Shown here: in pieces, positions 1 through 9,838 of the stretch
Numbering within the stretch: the first letter of the stretch is position 1
Layout: each line of letters starts with the position of its first letter
Assembly (NCBI GenBank): GCA_949281375.1
Contig: CASDLT010000010.1
Coordinates: 119,182-183,181, forward strand
DNA: 64,000 nucleotides
Source: an uncultured Nitrosomonas sp.
GTDB lineage: Bacteria > Pseudomonadota > Gammaproteobacteria > Burkholderiales > Nitrosomonadaceae
Direction of reading: 5' to 3'
Position numbers and translations under genes: made by a program
The notes under the pieces: model-generated
Database searches by the model: none
Told to the model about the DNA's origin: nothing
What the model saw: the letters and a program-made list of their open reading frames with translations, nothing else

Positions 1-184
1 GCAACGCGCACTGGCGGCCATCTCGCAGAAATCTGCTGTCGCTATTGAAGCTATTCTGCTCGACGATCCCCGCGCCGGCGTCGACGTGGACAAAATAGAA
101 GACCTGCGTCTGGCTGAATCGATACTCAACATCGAACCACGCACCTTGAAACCGGGCGATGCTCAACCGAGCAAACGCGGCTGA
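1..184 (+). CDS. 3' end of a MobA/GlmU-like NTP-transferase family protein (partial at window start)
   Basis: Frame from nt 2 reads QRALAAISQKSAVAIEAILLDDPRAGVDVDKIEDLRLAESIL...KRG* with stop at 182-184. The DVD-x2-DL C-terminal motif is typical of NTP transferases. Confidence 0.6.
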   Translation, partial: QRALAAISQKSAVAIEAILLDDPRAGVDVDKIEDLRLAESILNIEPRTLKPGDAQPSKRG

Positions 185-226
185 TCAATTCTGGAATGAC
201 CGCTGAAGCTGATCGAATAACGATGT

Positions 227-1300
227 ATGAAGCTGATTGAACGATATATCGCACGCGAAATACTGCTGCCTTTCACGGTAGTCATTCTGATACTGGTCGG
301 ATTGTTCGCCAGCTTCAGCAGCGCTCGCCTATTGGCAGGGGCAGTCACCGAAACGCTCGGCATCGCGGCGTTGCTTAAACTGGTATTGCTGAAAACGCTG
401 ATTGCATTGGAAGTGCTGATTCCTATTGCGTTGTATATCTCGGTCATCATGGGGCTGGGCAGACTGAACAAGGATCAGGAGCTCAACGTCATCCGCTCCG
501 CCGGCATCAGCGGCACGCGAATCGTACTCACGGTTCTGACGGTCGCTGTTCCGGTAGGATTCGTCAGTGGCATGCTGTCATCGTATGTGCGGCCGTGGGC
601 CTATGCCGAAAGTTATATTCTGGATGCCCAGGCGGAAGCCGAACTGAATACCAATCGCTTTCAGGCCGGGCGTTTCCATGGCAGTGATCGCACCGGCAGG
701 ATTGTTTACGTACGCAGCAAGAACGACGCCGAGAAACAGATGAATGGTATCTTTCACTATATCAAACGCCCAGAAGGCACCGAGATCGTGCTCGCCCAAC
801 ACGCGCAGCAAATTCAACCGACTGCGACCGATCACAGACCCCACATCCTGTTATCCGATGGCATGGTATATCGATTGAGCAACGCCGCCAGCATCGATGA
901 AGTCATCGAATTCAAAACCATGACTTATTTTATCGATACGGAATATGTCATGAATTACCGGCGCAAGGCTGCCGCAACCCGGACGCTGTGGGAATCCGCT
1001 CAGCCGCGCGACATCGCCGAACTGCAATGGCGTATCTCCCGCCCACTCGCCACTATCCTGCTGGCGCTGATCGCAGTGACGTTCATACGCATCTCACCAC
1101 GGCAGGATAAAAGCGATCGCACCTACCTGATCGCAGCACTGGTTTTTGCCGGTTATTACAATCTGGCAGGCCTGGCCAAAACCTGGGTGGAACAAGGCGT
1201 CATTGGCAGCATGCCGGGAGTATGGTGGCTCGAATTTCTCATGGCCTGCGGCCTCGCCGCCTACGCAATGGCCTTCAAGAAACGAATACAGGCGCGTTGA
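227..1300 (+). CDS. lptF: LptF/YjgP-family permease (paralog)
   Basis: 357 aa. N-terminal 'LIERYIAREILLPF', 'GLGRLNKDQELNVIRSAGIS' and 'AELQWRIS' motifs; 3+3 TM layout. Confidence 0.85.
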   Translation: MKLIERYIAREILLPFTVVILILVGLFASFSSARLLAGAVTETLGIAALLKLVLLKTLIALEVLIPIALYISVIMGLGRLNKDQELNVIRSAGISGTRIVLTVLTVAVPVGFVSGMLSSYVRPWAYAESYILDAQAEAELNTNRFQAGRFHGSDRTGRIVYVRSKNDAEKQMNGIFHYIKRPEGTEIVLAQHAQQIQPTATDHRPHILLSDGMVYRLSNAASIDEVIEFKTMTYFIDTEYVMNYRRKAAATRTLWESAQPRDIAELQWRISRPLATILLALIAVTFIRISPRQDKSDRTYLIAALVFAGYYNLAGLAKTWVEQGVIGSMPGVWWLEFLMACGLAAYAMAFKKRIQAR

Positions 1301-1302
1301 CC

Positions 1303-2364
1303 ATGGTCATTTATCGCTATATTGCTTCTCAGGTCCAGCTCGGTTTTATGATCGCCATTGCGATTCTGCTGCCACTATTCAGTTTTTTTGATTTGCTCGA
1401 TCAGCTCGATGATGTCGGTCGAGGCACCTATCGCGTCCCCGACGCCTTCTTGTACACCGCGCTGCTATTGCCCCGCAGGTTCATTCAAATCGCGCCTTTC
1501 GTCGCTTTGCTGGGTACTGTCATCGCACTGGGAAAATTAGCAGTGCATTCCGAGCTGATCGCCATGCGCGTCGCTGGCCTTTCTCCACTGCGCATCAGTC
1601 TGGCGCCACTCAGTATCGGAATAATTTTGTTGCTCAGCGTAGCCGCCCTGGAGCAATTCATCGCTCCTCAACTGCAACAGAAAGCCATTACACTGCGCGC
1701 TCTTGCGCTGGAGCAAAGCGCCGAACTCGGCAAGAATCTGGGTATCTGGACGCGTAACGAAAAAAACATTTTGCGCATCGGCCATATGCTGCACACTAAA
1801 AAGGCAATCGGTATCGAAATTCTGCAAATCGATCAGGACGGTTTCTTGCAGACCCACACGTTGGCCGAGTCAGCCGACATTATCAATGACGACATTTGGA
1901 AATTGAACAATGTCGTCATCCGCACATTTTCCGGCGATCACATTGCGGCACAGCATCTCGATACACTTGATTGGCCCTCGTTTCTGAATCCTGAAGATGT
2001 CTTGACGCTTACCAAACCACCGGAAAGTCTTTCTCCCGTCGAATTATTGCGGCATGTTGAGTTTCTGCGCAGCACCGGGCAGGATGCCGATGCTTATGAT
2101 CTGGCGTTATGGCGCAAAGTGGGTAGCGCGTTTATGACCATTGCGATGCTTTTGCTGTCCATTCCGTTTGTATTTGGATCGATCCGCACCGGCCTGAGCA
2201 ACAAACTGGTATTTGCCGCATTGATTGGGGTTGCGGTGTATCTGATCGATCAGATCCTCGCCAATGTCGGACTCTTATTGCATGTAAACCCTGCAGTCAT
2301 TGCACTGGCGCCAAGCTTGACGATGATCATCATCGCCAATGTGTGGTTGAGCCGAACTTTTTAA
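1303..2364 (+). CDS. lptG: LptG/YjgQ-family permease (paralog)
   Basis: Start moved to ATG 1303, 2 nt after the lptF stop. Motifs 'LGKLAVHSELIAMRVAGLS' and 'LLSIPFVFGSIR'. Confidence 0.85.
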   Translation: MVIYRYIASQVQLGFMIAIAILLPLFSFFDLLDQLDDVGRGTYRVPDAFLYTALLLPRRFIQIAPFVALLGTVIALGKLAVHSELIAMRVAGLSPLRISLAPLSIGIILLLSVAALEQFIAPQLQQKAITLRALALEQSAELGKNLGIWTRNEKNILRIGHMLHTKKAIGIEILQIDQDGFLQTHTLAESADIINDDIWKLNNVVIRTFSGDHIAAQHLDTLDWPSFLNPEDVLTLTKPPESLSPVELLRHVEFLRSTGQDADAYDLALWRKVGSAFMTIAMLLLSIPFVFGSIRTGLSNKLVFAALIGVAVYLIDQILANVGLLLHVNPAVIALAPSLTMIIIANVWLSRTF

Positions 2365-2488
2365 CAATCATCTGTTATTGTGACCATAAACTGTCTAAAA
2401 TCCCATCAGTGGGGCTATTCATCCATGCTTGGCCGTCTGACGGTTGAACAATCAATCCAGACCCGATCAATCCGCAACCATTCATCTC

Positions 2489-3727
2489 ATGTCGACTTCA
2501 ACATATATTTACATTTTCGGTGAAAATGACACCAAAATTTGGGGACTCACGGGTCGTGAACGCTTGCAGCGCATGCTCAGTACCAATCACGACATCAAGC
2601 TCGTCAATGCTGTCGACACGATTCCTGAGGCTGCGCCCGTTCTTTTCCTGAACGCCAATTTTCTGTTCGATGCACGGGTAATTACTGCAATGCTGGGTCT
2701 GGAAAAGAAAGTCGTATTGAATAGCAATGACGGTTGCCCCGCGGCGATACGCTCTGATGGCAATCAAGCGGTTCCTCTGCTGAGGAATCTGAACAACAAC
2801 GCCGATCATCATCATAAATTCGCATCGCTGACTCTTTCGCGGATCCATTTATCTGACTTGAACATCGATGTTCAGAAAAACCTCAAGAAGAAAGATCCGC
2901 CATATATTTTTCCGATCAGCGATGCCAATCGCTCAGTACTGGAAAATGAACTGTTCTCCGGCTCTTACAAAGGCGTCACCGATCTCGTCACCAAATGGGT
3001 CTGGCCTGTTCCGGCGTTCTGGACAACCCAGTTATGCGTGCGGCACGGCTGGCAACCCAACCATGTGACGTATGCAAGCGTCGTGTTTGCAGTATTGGCG
3101 GGCATGGCCTTCTGGTATGGATGGTTTGCAATCGGCCTGTTGATGGGCTGGTTCATGACTTTTCTGGACACCGTCGACGGCAAGCTGGCGCGCGTCACCG
3201 TCACATCAAGCAAATTGGGTGACATCCTCGATCACGGCCTGGATATCATTCATCCGCCACTCTGGTATCTGGCATGGGGAGCCGGCTTAGCCACTACTTC
3301 GACGCCCATCAGCGGCCTGGGCATATTGATGGTGCTGATGTTCATCGGTTATGTCGGCGGACGGATCTGTGAAGGTATTTTTCACTATTGGTTGGCGCAC
3401 TTCGACATGTTCATCTGGGAGAGGTGGGATTCATTCAACCGCCTCATTACCGCGCGACGCAATCCCAATCTCATCCTGCTGACGTATGGATGGCTCATCG
3501 ACCAGCCTGCGCTCGGACTCGTGTTGGTCGTGATCTGGCATTTGATCTCGACAAGCATTCTGGGTTGGCGTTTGCTCACAGGGTGGCGCATCAAGCAAAC
3601 GCAAGGCACAGTGAAATCATGGCTGGAGGACATCGATCCCGCTCGCGACCGCGATCAATGGGCGGTAAAAATTTTTACTCGCGCCCCGCTCAGTCTGAAC
3701 AACCCTTCTGCAATTTCCATTAACTGA
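2489..3727 (+). CDS. CDP-alcohol phosphatidyltransferase family protein with soluble N-terminal extension (CpgA-like)
   Basis: Signature D-x2-DG-x2-AR...G-x3-D-x3-D present as DTVDGKLARVTVTSSKLGDILDHGLD. ATG 2489 preferred over TTG 2444. Confidence 0.85.
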   Translation: MSTSTYIYIFGENDTKIWGLTGRERLQRMLSTNHDIKLVNAVDTIPEAAPVLFLNANFLFDARVITAMLGLEKKVVLNSNDGCPAAIRSDGNQAVPLLRNLNNNADHHHKFASLTLSRIHLSDLNIDVQKNLKKKDPPYIFPISDANRSVLENELFSGSYKGVTDLVTKWVWPVPAFWTTQLCVRHGWQPNHVTYASVVFAVLAGMAFWYGWFAIGLLMGWFMTFLDTVDGKLARVTVTSSKLGDILDHGLDIIHPPLWYLAWGAGLATTSTPISGLGILMVLMFIGYVGGRICEGIFHYWLAHFDMFIWERWDSFNRLITARRNPNLILLTYGWLIDQPALGLVLVVIWHLISTSILGWRLLTGWRIKQTQGTVKSWLEDIDPARDRDQWAVKIFTRAPLSLNNPSAISIN

Positions 3728-3740
3728 GTTTTTTGATCTG

Positions 3741-5735
3741 ATGACACTTCAAGCACGGATTGACCGTTTACAGGCTGGAACAGCCAAAGTTGGCTGCCTG
3801 CTCAATCCGTTGAGCGGTCAAGTTCGCAAGCGCATTCCAGTCATCCAGCACGCTCTGGACACGATTCCCGGCCTGCTGATCCAGCAGGCACATGATGCGG
3901 TCACATTTAAAACGGCCATTACTCAATTACTGAATGCAAACATTGATGTACTCGTCATCATCGCCGGGGATGGAACCACCCATGCGGTACTCGGCCATTT
4001 ATTCACGGCATTGCCCCCTGATGCATGGCCGTTGATAATGATCATCCCTGGCGGCACCACCAATATGACGCCACTGGATCTGGGAATGCGCGACACGCCT
4101 GAGCGGGCCATCGAACGCCTGCATGACTTCTTGCTTAATCCAATAGCGCCCAGTCTGATCAACCGACCCGCGCTGCGCATCGACCAAGCAGGCATCGGTT
4201 CCATATACGGTATGTTTTTTGCCGTCGGATTGGTTGCTCGCGGCGTGAAATTTTCGCGCAGTCCGGTCAAGCAGATCGGTATCACCGGGGGCATTTTCAC
4301 TGTTCTGATCATGCTGCGATCCCTGATTGGGCTGATCAGCAGCATGCTACTCGGCCGCCAGCAAACCGAATGGGCGCCGGTTAACCTGAGCCTGACGCAG
4401 GCTGATGGCAGCGTTCGACAAGGCACTTATCTGTTTGCACTGGTAAGTGCGCTGGATCGCCTGCTGCTCAACATACGCCCCTATTGGGGACAAGAACAGG
4501 CGCCGCTCCATGTCACGCTGGTCGATCAACCTCCCAGGCGCCTATGGCGTTCGTTATGGCCGCTATTGTCAGGGCAAGGCAAACATTTAAAAGAATCGGA
4601 GGGCTACCATAGCCATAACACCAATTCCCTGACGCTGCATTTTGATGACGAATTCATCGTGGATGGCGAATTATATCGTTCGAGCAGCCTCCAAGAACCG
4701 TTGCGAATCAGTGCAACACATCCCATAACTTTCTTAGTATTAAAGGACACTGTGAATATCATGACCCATTCCCTACCCAGTTCAGCCGGGCAATTACCCA
4801 TTCGTCTGCTGAACGAAGTTGCCTGGGAGAGCAACAAGCCAGTATCTCCCGACCTGTTTCTTCTGGTTGATTCTCTGATCATGCGATTTGGCGAATCGGT
4901 CGAAGCCGTGATGATGTATGGTTCCTGCCTGCACTCCGACATTAGTCTGGAGGAAGGGATCGTCGATTTATACGTCGTGGTCGACAGTTATTCCAAGGCC
5001 TACCAAAAACGTTACCTGGCCAATCTGAATACCTGGCTGGCGCCGAATGTGTTTTATCTGGAAATACCGCACCAGGGCAAGACCCTGCGCGCCAAATATG
5101 CAGTCATTTCCATCAGCGATTTCGAACAGGGAGCGCAAATCTGGTTTCATCCTTATATATGGGCGCGTTTTGCGCAACCGTCCCGGCTGCTCTACAGCCG
5201 CAACAATGCCGTCAAGGAGCGTATCAATACGTCATTGGCGCAGTGCGTCGTGACTTTTCTGAAATCCGGCGGTGCGGCATTGGAAGCAGGCGTTTACGAC
5301 GTCAAGGAAATCTGGACGCGCTGCTTGACTCTGACCTACGCCGCCGAGCTGCGCGCCGAAAAGGAATCACGCGCACACCACCTCGCGCTCGTCAACCTGA
5401 ATGCGCTCACCCGTCTGACTGAAGAAGCCAGTCCAATGCTGACCGGCATTCTGGAAAGACTGGAAAATGGCAAGTACCACTGCCTTACCGATCCCGAGAC
5501 ACAACGCAAAACCCTCTGGCTCTGGCGTTTGCGCCGTTGGCAAGGACGAGTGCTTTCCATTTTGCGCCTGGCCAAAGCGACGCTGACTTTCAACAATAGC
5601 GTCGACTACGCCGCCTGGAAAATAGAGCGCCATACCGGCGTACAGGTCAAAGTCACGCCGACCATGCGCCGCTACCCGATATTGTGGGGATTGACGATCG
5701 CATGGGAGCTTCTGCGCCAGGGTGTTCTGCGTTAG
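3741..5735 (+). CDS. Fusion of DAGK/sphingosine-ceramide kinase domain and Tam41-like cytidylyltransferase domain
   Basis: N-half has kinase motifs LLNPLSG, AGDGT, PGGTTN and VDGE. C-half from about M342 has YGSC...VDLYVVVD, KYAVIS and W-x2-PYIWARFAQP. One uninterrupted 664-aa ORF. Confidence 0.75.
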   Translation: MTLQARIDRLQAGTAKVGCLLNPLSGQVRKRIPVIQHALDTIPGLLIQQAHDAVTFKTAITQLLNANIDVLVIIAGDGTTHAVLGHLFTALPPDAWPLIMIIPGGTTNMTPLDLGMRDTPERAIERLHDFLLNPIAPSLINRPALRIDQAGIGSIYGMFFAVGLVARGVKFSRSPVKQIGITGGIFTVLIMLRSLIGLISSMLLGRQQTEWAPVNLSLTQADGSVRQGTYLFALVSALDRLLLNIRPYWGQEQAPLHVTLVDQPPRRLWRSLWPLLSGQGKHLKESEGYHSHNTNSLTLHFDDEFIVDGELYRSSSLQEPLRISATHPITFLVLKDTVNIMTHSLPSSAGQLPIRLLNEVAWESNKPVSPDLFLLVDSLIMRFGESVEAVMMYGSCLHSDISLEEGIVDLYVVVDSYSKAYQKRYLANLNTWLAPNVFYLEIPHQGKTLRAKYAVISISDFEQGAQIWFHPYIWARFAQPSRLLYSRNNAVKERINTSLAQCVVTFLKSGGAALEAGVYDVKEIWTRCLTLTYAAELRAEKESRAHHLALVNLNALTRLTEEASPMLTGILERLENGKYHCLTDPETQRKTLWLWRLRRWQGRVLSILRLAKATLTFNNSVDYAAWKIERHTGVQVKVTPTMRRYPILWGLTIAWELLRQGVLR

Positions 5736-5800
5736 GAAACGCTGTGAAGAACGATGCTTCTCAGCATTGACAATCTCAACTGGATTTTTTTGGAGACCTC

Positions 5801-6448
5801 ATGAAAGCTTTGAATCGTTTATTTTTATTGGTACCACTGTTGATCCTCGCCGCGTGCTCCACGATGTACCTCGAAGGTCTGGAAAAAGTCGGCATTCCGA
5901 AACGGGACGTGATGGTTTATCGCGTCGAAAAAGCGCGCGACACTCAGCAAGAAACCAAGGAACAATTCAAGTCAGCGCTTGAACAGTTCACCGCCGCCAC
6001 CCAATTCAGCGGAGGGGACCTGGAAGACACCTATAAACGGTTAAACGATGCTTATGAAGCCAGCGTCAGCAAAGCCGATGAAGTTAAAAGCCGCATCGCC
6101 GATATCGAAAACGTGTCTGACGCCTTATTTACAGAATGGAAGCAGGAAATCACTGAATATAGCAATGCGTCGATGAAGCAGAACAGTCAGAAAAAACTCG
6201 ATGCCACGCAGGCTCATTACCAGCAATTGATCAGATCGATGAAACAGGCTGAAGCCAAGATTCAACCGATTTTGACGGTATTTCATGATCAAGTCATGTA
6301 TCTCAAGCATAATTTGAATGCGCGCGCGATCGCTTCGCTGAAGGGAGAACTGGGCAACATCCAGTCCGATGTCTCCAATTTGATTGCTTCGATGGAAAAA
6401 TCGATCAATGAAGCCAATGCGTTCATCAGTACGATGGAAAATAAATGA
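5801..6448 (+). CDS. DUF2959-family lipoprotein
   Basis: Lipobox LAAC, then 'MYLEGLEKVGIPKRDVMVYRVEKARDTQQETKEQF'; coiled-coil body. Confidence 0.75.
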   Translation: MKALNRLFLLVPLLILAACSTMYLEGLEKVGIPKRDVMVYRVEKARDTQQETKEQFKSALEQFTAATQFSGGDLEDTYKRLNDAYEASVSKADEVKSRIADIENVSDALFTEWKQEITEYSNASMKQNSQKKLDATQAHYQQLIRSMKQAEAKIQPILTVFHDQVMYLKHNLNARAIASLKGELGNIQSDVSNLIASMEKSINEANAFISTMENK

Positions 6449-6591
6449 TAGAATAGGTCCCTGATAGCATTGAAAAAAATCAAGCTCGGCAGCGTCAGAA
6501 TACAATATTCTCTCTTTCAGCCGATCAATCAAATCAGAATCTCAGTCTATCGATTAAGCAATTATTATTAAACTCATTTTTAGAGAAGATC

Positions 6592-6957
6592 ATGATAAAG
6601 ACACAGTTTGCTTCATTACTTTTTTATGGCGTCATTGCGTTTATCACGCTCGGTTCCGGCATCGTTCTTGCCGAAAAAGGAATGGCCGTGCACTACAGCG
6701 ACAAATTCCAGGGCAAGAAAACCGCCAATGGTGACATTTTCGATCAAAACGGATTGACGGCTGCACACAAGAAATTTCCCTACGGCTCTCAGGTCAAAGT
6801 CACCAATCTGGCCAACAACCAAAGCGTCGTGGTCACGATCAACGACCGGATGAGACGCCGCAACAAGAACATCATTGATGTCACATCTCGCGCCGCTACA
6901 GAACTGGGTTTCATCAAGAAAGGCCGCGCTCGGGTTAACCTTGAGTTGGTGAGATAA
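6592..6957 (+). CDS. RlpA-like double-psi beta-barrel protein (short, with signal peptide)
   Basis: Motifs 'KTANGDIFDQNGLTAAHK', 'VVVTINDR' and 'IIDVTSRAA'. Confidence 0.85.
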   Translation: MIKTQFASLLFYGVIAFITLGSGIVLAEKGMAVHYSDKFQGKKTANGDIFDQNGLTAAHKKFPYGSQVKVTNLANNQSVVVTINDRMRRRNKNIIDVTSRAATELGFIKKGRARVNLELVR

Positions 6958-7088
6958 GTATTAACCTTTAGATATGTAGATTGCGGCGCGCTATTTTTAT
7001 GGTGCTCCGCAATTTTATGAAATGAAACAACGTGTTCCACAACACTCTCAGAAATACCCTATATTGCCTTGCGTTTACCTGTAGACAT

Positions 7089-7934
7089 TCAAACAAACCG
7101 CATCGACAAGTCCACCGCCTGAATATTTTTCGTCAATCCCCCGATCGAAATCCGATCGACACCGGTTTCAGCCACCTGCCGCACCGTATCGAGCGTCATA
7201 TTGCCGGAAGCTTCCAAAATGATTCGCTGTCCTGAGTGTTGGCGGGTCAATGCCACCGCATTGCGCAGTTGAGCCAAACTAAAATTATCCAGCAATACCA
7301 TCACCGCGCCGGCGGCGATAGCTTCTTGAAGTTGCTGCACTGTTTCCACTTCGATTTGGATAAACACATCCGGCGATGCAATTTCACGTGCATGCGTCAA
7401 TGCCGGTAATATGCCGCCGGCCGCGATGATGTGGTTTTCCTTGATCAGAATCCCGTCATACAGACCGACCCGGTGATTGACCCCGCCGCCGCAGGTCACT
7501 GCGTATTTTTGCGCCAGCCGTAACCCAGGCAGTGTTTTGCGGGTATCGACAATGACGGCGCTGGTGCCGGCAATGGCATCGGCAAAATGCCGGGTTTGTG
7601 TCGCCACGGCGGACAATAATTGCAGAAAATTCAGTGCAGAGCGTTCCGCGGTCAGCATGGCGCGGGCCGAGCCGGTAATTTCGCACAATGTCTGGTTTGC
7701 CCGTATGCGATCGGCATCTTTGAAGAACCATTGGATGACTATGTCGGGCGCTAGCGATCTAAAACATGCGTTGAACCATTGTGTGCCACAGACCACGGCG
7801 TCCTCGCGCGTAATCACCCTCGCTTTCAAGGTCTTATTGTCGGGAACCAGCAATGCAGTCAAATCGCCACTGCCGATGTCTTCTTGCAGTGCGCGTTGCA
7901 CGTTGTCGCGAATTTCTTCCTCTATATCCTGCAT
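7089..7934 (-). CDS. nadC: Nicotinate-nucleotide diphosphorylase (carboxylating)
   Basis: Motifs 'EDIGSGDLT', 'DTRKTLPGLR', 'HRVGLYDGILIKENH' and 'EASG'. Confidence 0.97.
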   Translation of the reverse strand: MQDIEEEIRDNVQRALQEDIGSGDLTALLVPDNKTLKARVITREDAVVCGTQWFNACFRSLAPDIVIQWFFKDADRIRANQTLCEITGSARAMLTAERSALNFLQLLSAVATQTRHFADAIAGTSAVIVDTRKTLPGLRLAQKYAVTCGGGVNHRVGLYDGILIKENHIIAAGGILPALTHAREIASPDVFIQIEVETVQQLQEAIAAGAVMVLLDNFSLAQLRNAVALTRQHSGQRIILEASGNMTLDTVRQVAETGVDRISIGGLTKNIQAVDLSMRFV

Positions 7935-8118
7935 TTTTTTATTTTGTCCACCCTAACTGGCAATGAAGCCCTGCATTATAGTGCACACAGGCTGTACACT
8001 TACGAAAGTTCCGAAAAACAACTGCACTTGACCATCCTTCGGTGGTTTTTCAGAACCTGCTTACCGGATTGGTTTCTTGAGCACATACTATCGCGATTGA
8101 CTGCAGCATAACGGGAGA

Positions 8119-9609
8119 ATGAAGATGTCTAGCGCATTTGATGTGATTATTCATAGTCTTGCCACGATGCTGAGCGTAATTGCCGTCGGTTTCGTCATCG
8201 TATGGTTCATTCAGGATGTGACGCAGAAAAAACATTCGATTCTGCGGAATTATCCGGTCATAGGACGCTTACGATATTTTTTTGAGCTTCAGGGAAAATA
8301 TTTCCGCCAATATTTTTTCGCCAACGATCGGGATGAAATGCCCTTCAACCGCGCCACGCGTGCGTGGATTTATAAAAACGCCAAGAATAAAGGCAGCCTA
8401 GTCGGCTTCGGTTCCACAAATGACCTGCGTCAACCGGGTGCAATTATCTTCGTGAACGCCGCATTTCCGATACAGGAGGAAGATCAGCTTCCCACCCCTT
8501 CGCTTCACATTGGGCAAGATTATTGCCAATTTCCTTTCGAAGCCAAATCGATCATCAATATCAGCGGCATGAGCTATGGCGCGATTTCAAAACCAGCCGT
8601 GCGGGCGTTGTCGCTCGGTGCTGCGCAGGCGGGCTGCTGGTTGAATACCGGTGAAGGTGGATTGGCGCCCTATCACCTGGAAGGCCATTGTGACGTGATC
8701 ATGCAAATCGGCACAGCCAAGTATGGCATACGCGATGAGCAAGGCAATTTTTCTCCGCAGCGTGCCAAAGAACTCGGAAAAATCGTCAAAGCCTTTGAAA
8801 TCAAGCTTTCCCAAGGTGCAAAACCAGGCAAAGGCGGATTATTGCCGGGCACCAAGGTTGGCCCTGAGATTGCGGCCATTCGCGGCATTCCTGTCAACAT
8901 TGATTCGATCAGTCCCAATCGGCATAAGGACATCAATAGCATCGATGAGCTGCTCGATAAAATCCATGCGCTGCGCGAACTGACTGGACGGCCTGTGGGT
9001 ATCAAAACGGCAATAGGCGGATGGAATTTCATCAATGAATTATGTGACAGCATCAACCGCCGCGGACTGGAATATGCGCCCGACTTCCTGACCATCGATG
9101 GCGGCGAAGGCGGCAGCGGCGCAGCACCGCAGACTTTGATTGACCACGTCAGTCTGCCGATCGCCGAAGCTTTGCCACGCGTCGTTGATTCCTTGCTTCA
9201 GTCCGGCTTGAAGGATCGTATCTATGTGATAGCCGCAGGAAAATTGGTCACCTCCGCTGAAGGCGCCTGGGCGCTCTGCGCCGGCGCGGACTTCGTGAAT
9301 ACCGCTCGGGGTTTCATGTTCTCGCTGGGATGCATCCAGGCGATGCGCTGTCATCTCAATACTTGCCCCACCGGCATCACGACTCACGATGAACGCTTGC
9401 AAAATGGCCTGGTTGTGGAAGAAAAGTATTTGCGGGTTGCAAACTATGCCAGGAACGTCAACAAAGAAATCAATATGATCGCGCATTCTTGCGGCTTGCA
9501 GCATGCCCGGCAATTCAAGAGAGAACATGTGCGCATCGTTGAAACAGCCGGAAAAAGTGTCGCCCTCAACATTCTCCACCCTTACCCAGAACCGCCAAAA
9601 AAAACATGA
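8119..9609 (+). CDS. FMN-binding glutamate-synthase-family protein (stand-alone FMN domain, N-terminal TM)
   Basis: Motifs 'ISGMSYGAIS', 'NTGEGG', 'EIKLSQGAKPGKGG', 'DGGEGGSGAAP' and Cys cluster 'CIQAMRCHLNTCPTG'. Confidence 0.88.
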   Translation: MKMSSAFDVIIHSLATMLSVIAVGFVIVWFIQDVTQKKHSILRNYPVIGRLRYFFELQGKYFRQYFFANDRDEMPFNRATRAWIYKNAKNKGSLVGFGSTNDLRQPGAIIFVNAAFPIQEEDQLPTPSLHIGQDYCQFPFEAKSIINISGMSYGAISKPAVRALSLGAAQAGCWLNTGEGGLAPYHLEGHCDVIMQIGTAKYGIRDEQGNFSPQRAKELGKIVKAFEIKLSQGAKPGKGGLLPGTKVGPEIAAIRGIPVNIDSISPNRHKDINSIDELLDKIHALRELTGRPVGIKTAIGGWNFINELCDSINRRGLEYAPDFLTIDGGEGGSGAAPQTLIDHVSLPIAEALPRVVDSLLQSGLKDRIYVIAAGKLVTSAEGAWALCAGADFVNTARGFMFSLGCIQAMRCHLNTCPTGITTHDERLQNGLVVEEKYLRVANYARNVNKEINMIAHSCGLQHARQFKREHVRIVETAGKSVALNILHPYPEPPKKT

Positions 9610-9838
9610 ATCAGCGCTTTCGCCAGTCTGATTCGTTGCAAACGCCACCCCACGCCATAACGGCTAACGACACGCACACGCTGGTATTCACTGGCTGAAC
9701 AGGAATAAAGGGTAAAAACACGCCTTAATTGAGCGTTAAAAATAAATCGGCCTTACCGATAATAGCTTGTCGAACTCTTACCTTTTGATCAATCCTATCG
9801 TCATTAAAGTCATCCTGGATTTTAGTAAAATATTGATA

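Noticed and set aside
5732-5768. TTAGGAAACGCTG...CAGCATT after the kinase-fusion stop, resembling a collapsed MITE
   Set aside because: Only about 10 bp match one end; no internal core and no matching right-hand target duplication.
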